From Macrostomum hystrix (Eukaryota > Animalia > Platyhelminthes), in the NCBI GenBank assembly GCA_950097015.1, contig CATNEN010000041.1:744001-808000 (forward strand): a DNA stretch of 64,000 nt, read 5' to 3'. Under the pieces are notes generated by a model. The model saw nothing but the letters and a program-made list of their open reading frames with translations, searched no databases and was not told the origin of the DNA. Made by a program: the position numbers and the translations under genes. This document shows positions 37,801 through 47,400 of this stretch, one piece after another (the stretch's first letter is position 1; the number at the start of each line of letters is the position of its first letter).

Positions 37801-38655
37801 GAGCCCCTACGCGAGATGGAACAGCGCGGATACAACATGCAAGACATCAGGACCGAACTCAATGTAGGGACGATCAGAATGAAGATCGAAAAAGCCCATC
37901 TGATACGAATGGGACACGTCCTCAGGATGCCCGACGACCGACAGACCAAGAGGGCGGTCTTGGGTTGGTTCAAGGGCCTGGAACACCTACCGAAACCCAG
38001 AAGAAGGAAAAATTACACCATAAATTTCTGGAGAAAACTCGCGAAGGAAGGGGGACTTGAACCGACAGAAGTCGAACGTCTCGCCAAAGACAGGAAAAAA
38101 TGGAAGAGCTGGGTGGCCGAGAGGATCCGACACATTGAGAAGTGGGATCACAGCCAAGGAAAACGGAGCACCGGCCCCCCACCGGAAAGCCGGTGTGCCC
38201 CGAGGAGAGAAGAGTCGAAGACCAGCGGATTCCAATGCGAGTATGAAGGCTGTGGCAGAATTTGTAAATCGAAGGCAGGACGCGCGATACATCAAAAAAG
38301 GATGCACACACGACCGGTATCCCCGGTAAGGTTCACGTGCCCAAGATGCGCGGAATCTTTCCTACAAGAAGCCACAAGCAAGAACCACATGAAAGTGTGC
38401 AGAGGAGAGAAAGAAACATCAGATGGTAAAATGGAATGTACTAGCTGCAACAGAGAAATATCGAAGTCGAACATGGCTCGCCACAGACGAGCCTGCAAGA
38501 ACCCGATGGGACAAACGGCCGGGACACAGGCACAACCCGACAACGGAGTGGTGGCACGCAAGCACATCAGGAAGAGGAAGGACTGTGACAGGTGCGGCAG
38601 GAACCTAACGGCCACTAACATGGCCAGGCACCAGCGCACATGCACAGGAAATTGA
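34897..38655 (+). CDS. LINE polyprotein: AP endonuclease + reverse transcriptase + four C-terminal Zn fingers (first in-element ATG at 34897)
   Basis: APE: ISTWNVR, ITE, GGDFNAQIG, ELDGF, LSDH. RT: KAPGEDEI, NYRGICLL, QCGFRQGRST, LDIQKAYP, GLREGCPTSPVLF, LFADD. C2H2 CEYEGC...HQKRMH plus three CxxC...HxxxC fingers. Confidence 0.93.
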   Translation: MCNDDERRAAGEIKWRLATIEKNPGPKTVQERKARQIRRKKRRERRRTRRKITRRNWAGQENFRISTWNVRRANIYDSRFGEIIKKTIMEGWQITMITELNARSEGIKTYHHGDKQVSLIHTKKVGILLDEDTAKLWNDSGRYVKFADRAIFVRIYDMSLISVYYPVQGSSTYHAELNNLCFEIEKYIHIEAKNKPLLIGGDFNAQIGRSPEANGQHRGKFGLPQTNKQGEDLINWVTENELTWLNSFCNAKRRGTWRNPSNHRWYELDGFITRSKDRTRLIKSIKLHQIGDLSDHAPRTVILKKLLLQPETEEERANRHKAKKKKRANIDWQVLHSQEKREQLQDVMTKRYTESTGKTWKETARIIVESAKEVCGTKTKQTNPWMIGHEEECQENNRELAEALHRRNAAKEVQPDNLRRQALELAKRTVQEVRKRHKANLRKWEEEWWDKLADECREAADLGKIGLVYQKLRILDHRGSTNNCQTDTIFSEKEFKEHMEKVSGTRFENDPQTMMELLKSIKVRKPINGDMTLTELTAPITDAEIDRTMMEMTDKAPGEDEIRINYLKYAPTDIRAATREHIRYLYHHPATEWEDEEKLGIVIPLFKKGDRRDPANYRGICLLPMLSRILARILARILAKRIRNWAEAQELFDDNQCGFRQGRSTADSAQIFVRLHEDIREYLAAKEGAMDQNMEHENIAILLDIQKAYPRICKPLLWEMLRRLKMPDAIIKKLQDLHEETAYKVQGRQATSEAWYPERGLREGCPTSPVLFNIYHQICIRRAEEMRREAAEAKNTPCGIAWAYPVGNALPPQRTNQFNSEMKLHHFQTSLFADDTTLIGNRDELREGLEITKRCMLDFEEKTNDAKEEIMRLGTEEGGNIRMLGSWTDRKRDMKERTQRAMKSWQAIKKRFCRCKLTKKTQAKVVEACIESVLLFHANVRPFHISEMKALQRSVDKIYRYIWSAKEMEPLREMEQRGYNMQDIRTELNVGTIRMKIEKAHLIRMGHVLRMPDDRQTKRAVLGWFKGLEHLPKPRRRKNYTINFWRKLAKEGGLEPTEVERLAKDRKKWKSWVAERIRHIEKWDHSQGKRSTGPPPESRCAPRREESKTSGFQCEYEGCGRICKSKAGRAIHQKRMHTRPVSPVRFTCPRCAESFLQEATSKNHMKVCRGEKETSDGKMECTSCNREISKSNMARHRRACKNPMGQTAGTQAQPDNGVVARKHIRKRKDCDRCGRNLTATNMARHQRTCTGN

Positions 38656-38711
38656 CAGGTTCTCCAGGGCCCCATACCTCACGGTGACAAAGGGCGAAAG
38701 AAGAAGAAGAA

Positions 38712-38723
38712 GAGAATCTCCGG
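38712..38723 (+). repeat. Right target-site duplication GAGAATCTCCGG
   Basis: Follows the (GAA)n tail; MT4 sequence resumes here. Confidence 0.92.
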
Positions 38724-40130
38724 CACGGCCTCCCTCAGCAGCCACAGCTTTTGCATGGCCCCGGCGTAGCAGCACACCACCAGGTCGAATGTCTCCCGAG
38801 TTGCAACGCAGTGATTCACGAACTCAGTACAGTCGGCCTGATGTGTTCTCCAATAGGCTGCGAAATCGGGACTGGAGGCCTCCAGTGTGTCTTTGAACAC
38901 TCTGTCGAGCTCGCTGTAGTCCCAGTGCTGCTTGTCGACTCCGACCAACTCCAGCGTGAGTGGCCAGCCGTCTGACAGATCTCTAAAGGCCCAGACGACA
39001 GCCAGCAGGTCTGTGCCGGGCCCGCAGCCCAGAGACAGGACGCGCAGAGGCCGGAGACTCGTTGGAGTCTTGTTCTCAAGGGCTAAGAAACGCTGTAAGA
39101 GTTCTCCGACTCGAGGCTTGATCGTTTCGCAACACCCTGGCGCTTTTCGAGGTATCTCGGTGGTGTGCCGCGCTCTGAACGCCGGATTCTCATAGAAACT
39201 GATATAGTCCTTGTCCTGAGCGCTGCTCCAATCTTCGTATTTCGACTGAGCTCCGCGCTGTTTTAATCAGCCTTGGCGCCAGGTTCCTCCAGCTGTGGTT
39301 CCAGTGTGTCAGTCGGCTGCACCGCGGCGCTGGTCATAATCCCATCAGGGACAATCGTTTTTCTTGCTGGCGCAGTCTTCACCTGTGCTCAAGTTTGAGT
39401 CCTGGCACTGGACTGGATCAGTTGAGCCCTCGATGAGTGTCTCGTTAGGTGTCATTGCTTGAGTCATGGCTGCTGCTTCAAGATCGCATGTTGTTGTTTT
39501 GTGTAGGTCGCTTGTTCATTTTAAATGCCTTCTTTTGAATGCGGAATAGTGGGCTCCTGATTGGCTCGAAATTGGGCTGTCCGAGACTTTCCGCAGAATT
39601 TCCGTGCAAGATTTTGGCCATTGAGCAAGCTATTTTTAGTATACTGTCTGCGTCTGTAGTTCCATGAGCCCTACTCAAGCATCGGACAGGGAGGGGTGAC
39701 TCTGCTGGTGAAGCTAAGTGTACATTCCTGCATTCACGTCTGTGTACATTGAACTGCAGCACCCAACTCAATACCCTAACTATTGAGAACACGTTAGAAA
39801 ATCTCTACTGACGACTCCCTGCTCAGGCCTTGCTTAGATTAAAAGTGCTACACTCCTGTTTGAACGGAGGATGTTGCGTCTCAATGGGTCACGGCGCACG
39901 GCTTGGGCGATTGACCCGAGCTCATAAAAAAGATTCATGAGGAAAAAATGAAGATATTTAATAGGTTTCTTAGGAGAGTTTGTATTTTAATCAGCGTAAT
40001 TTCATGAATTTATGAGTTTATTTATAGCATAAAAAAGATTTCCAAACAAATTTCTGCAGTGATCTCGATGGGTATTCCAAGTCACATCCTCGAGCAAGAA
40101 TCTCAAAACCCAGCTCTTACCGCTGCCGCA

Positions 40131-40858
40131 TCAGGGTTTCGCTCTGGCCAGCGGCAGGCAAGACTCGAACACGGGACTGCAGGGCCATCTCGCCTTCCCG
40201 GTGCTGCGGACTCCCCGCAGAAGCATCCTGGCTGCTGAGTCATCGTGCTCGACGGATCGGCTCCGGCAGGCAGCCGGGACACGGAACACGCTCCGGTCCC
40301 TGATGCCGTCGGTCAGGTTAAAGAAGCTCTGAATACTCAGAATGTTACCTGGAACGATAGTGACGTTGGGGGGGAGGTGAAGGGGCGCACGCACAGCCTT
40401 GCGGAAGCCTTTGCTGGTGCCAGCCATGCAGCAGAGTGCTCACCGGCCTGCATTGCAGTCAGGGAGACTGGAACGCACCGCTCCTGCGACATCAACAGTG
40501 TCAAGTTGGAGTCGGGATCCGAGGCTTGGAACACCTGGCACTTGGCCTGTCCGGCGGACGGATCGCCCAGGCTAATTTTCGCCACTCTTTTGAACTCTTT
40601 AGTCTTTTGGGATGAATTTCTAACAAAGGTGACGACTCACGAGGCACGCATTGTTTTGGGACGCCCATCGGTAAGCTGGAAATCGTGCAGCGTCCAGTGT
40701 TTCCGTCGATGAAGTACACTTTCTTGGCCTTCCCCACCATCAGGACTCGCTGTGATTTGGCTGTGCCATCGGGTGATAAGAAAGTCAGGTTCTGCGACAA
40801 GAACTGCTTCGCGTAGTCGTAGGACACGCTTCCGAAGCCCAAGCAATGAATTTCGAGT
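40131..40858 (-). CDS. Ependymin-related protein (EPDR-like), 5' exon(s) not located. Approximate exons ~40858-40641, ~40586-40444, 40348-40131
   Basis: GSVSYDY, VYFIDGNTGRCTISSL...QCVP, ERCVPVS and C-terminal FFNLTDGIRDRSVFRVPAAC resemble the ependymin family pattern; the last intron is GT-AG and in phase. Confidence 0.72.
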
Positions 40859-41058
40859 ACTCACACTGAAGTGGGGCATTGTTGGATTAGGTACTCCAGA
40901 GTACTCACACTGGAGTGGGGCTTTGTGGGATTAGGTACTCCAGAGTACTCACACTGGAGTGGGGCTTTGTGGGAGTAGGTACTCCAGAGTACTCACACTG
41001 GAGTGGGGCTTTGTGGGAGTAGGTACTCCAGAGTACTCACACTGGAGTGGGGGGCTTT
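40857..41058. repeat. Minisatellite, 44-bp unit with inverted repeat ACTCCAG...CTGGAGT, about 4.5 copies
   Basis: Direct. Confidence 0.9.
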
Positions 41059-41473
41059 GTACAAAGTGGGGCTTGTAAGTGGGGCTTAGTGGGGCTTAGT
41101 GGCTTAGCTTAGTGGGGCAAAGTGGGGCTTGTAAAATTTAGCCTTTGGGGCTAACTTTTACAAGCACATGTACCTTAAGGTAGTATGAATAGGGAAAATG
41201 GGACTGCAATCTTATACACCTGGCTAACTGGCCAATTGATTATCAAATGAGGAATTTAAAAGCAACGTGCTCAAAAAAGCCTTTGTTGAGCTTGATATTT
41301 AGTTTAGATATCGCTTCTTGAAAGTTCTCGGGCGAAAGAACGGGTGTCCAGTTTGGGCCATAGACATGAGCCGCTTCTCTGCGGAATTTTCGCTTTTACT
41401 GCGTGAATTTTCGGGAACTCAGATTTCATGTCCGATTCCTTCGTGGCTGCTTTGTGAAATACAGAAATTAAAC

Positions 41474-44400
41474 ATGACCGATGAAGAACTGCTGTGAGTA
41501 GCTTGCAACCTTTTCTTTTTCGTGGGAGCATGAGACAGAATGCACAGATATTTATACTGGCTTCTATGTAGAAGGTCCTTGGGACAAATAAGCTTCAATG
41601 TTGCTCAGTCTTAGGATTTTAGGGATTGTAACGGGCAAACGGGCCCCTCCCGTCTTATCCCTACCAACTGCCCGCCTGTTTCAGTTGCGTGGACCTTCTC
41701 AAGTTGCTGATCAGCATCTGCAGCAGCCTGGGCCTCGTGTTGTTCATCAGCGCCTGCAGCTTGCTCTGCTCCACCGACAGCTTTCACAGACAGCTGGTCC
41801 GCTTTCCAGTGTTTCTGAGAATCCGGGACATCTGCGAGATGGCCACCAAGACCTGGAACACCTGGGGCAAGGTGCTGGTGAGTGACAGTGAGGGGCAAGT
41901 AGCTGGTGGGTGACAGTGTGGGACAGGGTTCTGGTGAGTGACAGTGAGGGGCAAGGAGCTGGTGAGTGACAGTGAGGGGCAAGGAGCTGGTGAGTGACAG
42001 TGAGGGGCAAGCAGCTGGTGAGTGACAGTGTGGGGCAGGGTTCTGGTGAGTGACAGTGTGGTGCAGGGTTCTGGTGAGTGACAGTGTGGTGCAGGGTTCT
42101 GGTGAGTGACAGTGTGGGACAGGGTTCTGGTGAGTGACAGTGTGGGGCAGGGTTCTGTTGAGTGACAGTGAGGGGCAAGGAGCTGGTGAGTGACAGTGAG
42201 GGGCAAGCAGCTGGTGAGTGACAGTGTGGGGCAGGGTTCTGGTGAGTGACAGTGAGGGGCAAGGAGCTGGTGAGTGACAGTGAGGGGCAAGCAGCTGGTG
42301 AGTGACAGTGAGGGGCAAGCAGCTGGTGAGTGACAGTGTGGGGCAGGGTTCTGGTGAGTGACAGTGTGGGACAGGGTTCTGGTGAGTGACAGTGAGGGGC
42401 AAGGAGCTGGTGAGTGACAGTGAGGGGCAAGGAGCTGGTGAGTGACAGTGAGGGGCAAGCAGCTGGTGAGTGACAGTGTGGGACAGGGTTCTGGTGAGTG
42501 ACAGTGTGGGGCAGGGTTCAGGTGAGTGACAGTGTGGGGCAGGTTTCTGGTGAGTGACAGTGTGGGGCAGGGTTCTGGTGAGTGACAGTGTGGGACAGGG
42601 TTCTGGTGAGTGACAGTGTGGGGCAGGGTTCTGGTGAGTGACAGTGTGGGGCAGGGTTCTGGTGAGTGACAGTGTGGGGCAGGGTTCTGGTGAGTGACAG
42701 TGTGGGGCAGGGTTCTGGTGAGTGACAGTATGGGGCAGGGTTCTGGTGAGTGACAGTGTGGGGCAGGGTTCTGGTGAGTGACAGTATGGGGCAGGGTTCT
42801 GGTGAGTGACAGTGAGGGGCAAGGAGCTGGTGAGTGACAGTGAGGGGCAAGCAGCTGGTGAGTGACAGTGTGGGGCAGGGTTCTGGTGAGTGACAGTGTG
42901 GGGCAGGGTTCTGGTGAGTGACAGTATGGGGCAGGGTTCTGGTGAGTGACAGTGAGGGGCAAGGAGCTGGTGAGTGACAGTGAGGGGCAAGCAGCTGGTG
43001 AGTGACAGTGTGGGGCAGGGTTCTGGTGAGTGACAGTGTGGGGCAGGGTTCTGGTGAGTGACAGTATGGGGCAGGGTTCTGGTGAGTGACATGCTAGGCA
43101 AGTTGCTGATTTTTCAGTCGCATGGAAATCAACGCCGTCAATTTCAGATCAGTCTGTTGAGCATCTTCAGTGTAGCCTCGTTTGGTTGTTTTGTCGCTCA
43201 CACAGTCCAGTGAGTTCTCATGAGTTATCTATGGTTCGTTGCATGATCAAGTAGTTTACTGCAGGTAGCTAGCTGTGCTCAAACTGCCATTTATGATTTA
43301 GTGTACAATCCTTACAACGGGTTAGGGTAGGTGGCTAGTTACTGTTTATGCCTGGTGAAACTGCATGGATTTGTCTAACAAGCGTCCCCACTAAAAACTG
43401 CAGGCACCGATCGCGTGTCGTATTTAAGAAGTCCGTCGCGGACGTCATTCTGGTGTCTATTGACCTAGGCTTGAATGTCTACTTTGTGATTTTCTTCTTG
43501 ATTCGAGTGAGTATTGGCTGAAACTAAAAACTCTCAGAAAATCGGACCCACCATTGATTTCAAGTCCGACCATATTTCATGTCATCAGTACATCGGTACC
43601 AACGACAAGTGGCAGTTCGTAGTGAGCTCCAGCTCATGGATTGAGGTGCTCACCGTTGGGCCGGCGATCACAGCGATCCAGGGGGATCAGAAGCAACTTG
43701 GTCAGTCGCTTTTCTTTCCATAATGTCCTCAAATACCTGAGTGAGCTTGTCACTTTTTTTTAATTTATCCCTCACTCAAACTGCTGCAGTACTAAGTTTT
43801 CTGTGCGCCCTGCGCCTAGCCAGCCTGAAGGACCTGCTGTTCGTCGTGGGCATCGTGCGCCGCCCCTACGTCAAGACCCTCGCCGACATCGTGCTGGAAC
43901 TGTTCCGCTTGTGGTGCGTCTTCGCCGGGATCATCTACCTGGTGCGTGCACTCGTGTGTTTTCCTCCAATCCATCCAGGTGGTAGCCTCACAAACCTGCG
44001 GGTGTCACGGCGATGAGGAGACAGTCATCTGGGGGAGCTGTTCGCTGCTCTTCACGAGCAGAAAGCCAGACTGGCGAGCAACTACGGTATTTTCTTCCTT
44101 TTCAGACTGAGAACATGAGCAACTACACAGCACTGCAGGGGTGGAGACTCTGTCCAGATAGTTCAAACCCAAGGAAGTCGCGAACGACCTTCTTCCAAGG
44201 CTTTTACTTTCTAATTATGACGGCATGCAGCATGGGCTACAGCAGCATCTCCCCCAAAAGTTTTCCCAGCAAAGTTGTCATCATACTCTTTATCATACTG
44301 GTCATGGTAAGCTTCGCTGTGATCAATTATCTATTAAAAGTTATATGCTAACCATAAACCCCAGAAACTGGGATGTTAACCACTCAGATATAGACCACTA

Positions 44401-47400
44401 ATTCTTCAAGTCATCAGCCAGAAACTGGGATGTTAACCACTCAGATATAGACCACTAATTCTTCAAGTCATCAGCCAACAGTAAAACAATGCCAACCCCC
44501 AGGCCACCAATCAGAAAAAGCAACAATGGTGTTGATGCTGATGACACTGCGTAGAAGTCTTTGACATAAAAGCTGATGAGTTCGTATTAAATTCGTGTAT
44601 CTCTCGAACCTCTTATGAACTGATTTCAGAGATTTTACTTAACATCAATTCCGAAGATCCTAGCGATCTTCTCCATCCCGCAAAACTTTGGAAACCGCAA
44701 GTTTAGCAAAATTTTGAACGAAGGGTAAGTCAACTTCCACTTTGAGCTTAGTCGGCTCAACTCAGAGGGATGGAGCAAGGTGCTGGTTTTCACGCTCGAA
44801 TTTTAGGCACATTATTTACTGCGGGACGTCGGAACTGAGCCGGATGAAGTCTTTTTTTTGGAACTTCCAGCACAAACTGGAGACCACGTCTAGCAACATA
44901 ATCAGGGTGTGCCTTCTGCAGAGGTGAGCCAATTCACGCTACCCGCAGTTGTGATAAGTTAACTGGTTTAACGTTAAATCTAAATCTAGATAAACTCTTG
45001 CTCACCACGGCAACCATCCGAACCCTACTCACACAGCAACAAAATCTCCGACCAGATCAGTTGGTTTCTTTGGTCATTCTGCGGTCGGGTCACATTAGTC
45101 TTTGGCAGCCCGAGCGAATGCAACTTCATGATTAAAAACTGCAAGCTGAATACGGCGGAGGCCATCATCCTCACCTCGGAGGCTGGAGGCACTCGATCGG
45201 AATTCGAAGCGGACAGGATCAACTACCTGCGCACCATCAGGCTGAAGATGTGCGCTCCCGAGTGCCGAATCATTGTGCAGATCAAGAGCAAGTATCATAA
45301 GGTCTGAAATTCAATATCTACTTTCATTTTGTGTGCTTATTCAGTTTGACGTCATTCCGCAATTGTAATGACGTCACTCAGAAAAAAAATACTTGATTAC
45401 ACCGCCCCGATTGGGCCATATGTGCAGCTACTGCGCGGCGCATCTGAAGGCTGCGTACGGCTATTCAGTCCATGGACTGGGGGGACGCCAAACCCACCCT
45501 CAATTACCCCAGCTGGTACCCACTTAACAGCTGGGTGAACTGTAGCAATGCAGAGTTAAGTGTCTTGCTAAAGGACACAAATTGTTCCAGTGGAATCGGG
45601 AATCGAACCCCGACCTTTCAGTCGTGAGTCCGACGCTCTAACCACAAGGCAACAACCTCCTGAGAAAGCTCAAGCTTTAATCTCTGAACCCGCCAACTAT
45701 CGCAGCGATCCTACCGAGCGTTGCCTCTCTGGCGCGTCAGGGCGAGCAAGCCGGGCTCTCTGCCACCGGACGCGGTCCTGTGCGACAACCAGATTCTGCT
45801 GGGCCTCATGGGTATCAACTCGTTAGCGCCGGGCATGGCCACCTTGCTAATCAACCTGCTGAGCTACCGAGAGTCGCAAAGCTCTGAGGACGACAAAAAG
45901 ACAGACGAGGATGACGCTGCAGACTGCGATTACTTACGCTGGCGTAGTGCCTACAGAACTGGCGTCAAAGTAAAATTCTACTGCGTGGGCTTCACAGCCA
46001 AGCACCGGAATCGGAGCTTCAAATCGTTGGCACTGGAAGCCTTTCAGGTTGAGTTTTTCGTTTCTCTCGTGCGAAGCTATATTGACTTAGAACCATTGCC
46101 ACAGGCAGGAGCACTTTGAAACTTTTTTAATTAAAACTTTTCTGGCCCTGAGACCAGAAGTATTCGGTTTTGAAAGATAAACGTGGGCGCCACTTCAAGC
46201 AAACTTCATCAAAATTCTGTTTTTGTCGGCGTCACAGAACAAGCGGAATTCTCTCGGCATTTCATCGAAGAGGACGCAGATGAGAACTAAGCGAGCAATG
46301 ATCTGTTTCCAACTTTTTTGTTTCGCGTCCCTGAGCTTTAGTTTTCCCTGGACACAAATTTCGTTTTACACCGCAGGCGCACAGTGTGCTCATCGTCGGA
46401 GTCTGCATGGTAGACAAGCCTACTGGCATGATGACCGGTGTCATCAACCCGGCATACGACCCTGGCTTCATCATCAACCCCAGCACCATGAAGGCTTTCG
46501 TCATCAGCCGGGATATCCAATCTGTGCGCAGGTTCGCCGCAGGGTCGGCTAACGGTTTTGGCGGCGTACTGGTTCATGGTGAGATCCAAATATAATTTCA
46601 ATCCTCTCATAGCCTGTCAATAGACAAAGTTTCTGGGCTTATTTAAAAAAATGCACGCTTACGAATGATCAAATACTCGATGAACATCTCTATTTGTTTC
46701 GATCTAAAGACAGTAAAAATAGAGTACAAGTCACAAAATGAAAGTTAAAATCCACTTCCTAAAATCCGTGTTCCTGCGAATCCGCGATCAATCCGCGATC
46801 CGCGATCATTTATAACATTGCAGAGTGGATCGAAGAACCACCCAAGCTTCAAAGACAATCCGCCTACAAGTCGACACCCGGTCTGCACACTGAGCCGCTG
46901 CAATCAACGTCGGCAATTGCATCAAACACTTCAGGGCCACAAGAGGAGCGTCGCCTGGAGGAGTGGTACCGTGACAGAATTGACGCGCGCTGCGACAGTC
47001 CGCGTGAGCTTCACGCCGCCGAGCACGAATTCAACCCGCTGCTGGACATCACCGGCACGCTGCATTGGGCGCCGAACCGTCGCTGTCGGAAGTTTACCAT
47101 CGACGAAGCGAAAACTATCAACTTCCGAGGCCACGTGCTGGTGGCCATCATCGGGCCACTGCAGCATCCAATCGGTCTGTCCTCGCTGGTGCTGCCATTG
47201 CGTAACTGCTCGATTCCGGTCGACCAGCTCAGCGACATTGTCATTCTCGGAAACGCCGAGTCCATCGAGAAGCACGAGTGGCGCGGCATTCGCAACTTTC
47301 CCTTCATCTACGTGGTAGACGGCAACGGAGTATACCCGCAACACCTGTTGTACTGTCGAGCTCAATGGGCCGCGGCGATGACTGTGATCAATTTGGCTCA

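Larger units (their letters stand above)
34666..38711 (+). mobile_element. Full-length non-LTR retrotransposon (APE-RT, RTE-like clade), antisense to MT4
   Basis: 12-bp TSD, 3' (GAA)n tail at 38696-38711, 56-nt stretch after the stop codon, single long ORF. Confidence 0.93.
34510..39467 (-). pseudogene. MT4: methyltransferase paralog interrupted by a LINE; pieces 38712-~39467 and 34510-34665
   Basis: Removing the LINE restores ...REAVPEILSDPGSIFVIDNYCADLEYGLTFDLLYFVSSWPTAKRPIFLANYATNF*; the 5' part aligns to MT3 (MTQA, TSAAVQP, LEE) but contains stops and frameshifts. Confidence 0.8.

Noticed and set aside
41611-43101. 496-aa and 392-aa Cys/His/Pro-rich minus-strand ORFs
   Set aside because: Antisense translation of the 28-bp donor array
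44570-44620. Hammerhead ribozyme candidates (CTGATGAG here, and minus strand near 59115)
   Set aside because: A stem II can form but the required GAAA and stem III/NUH do not follow
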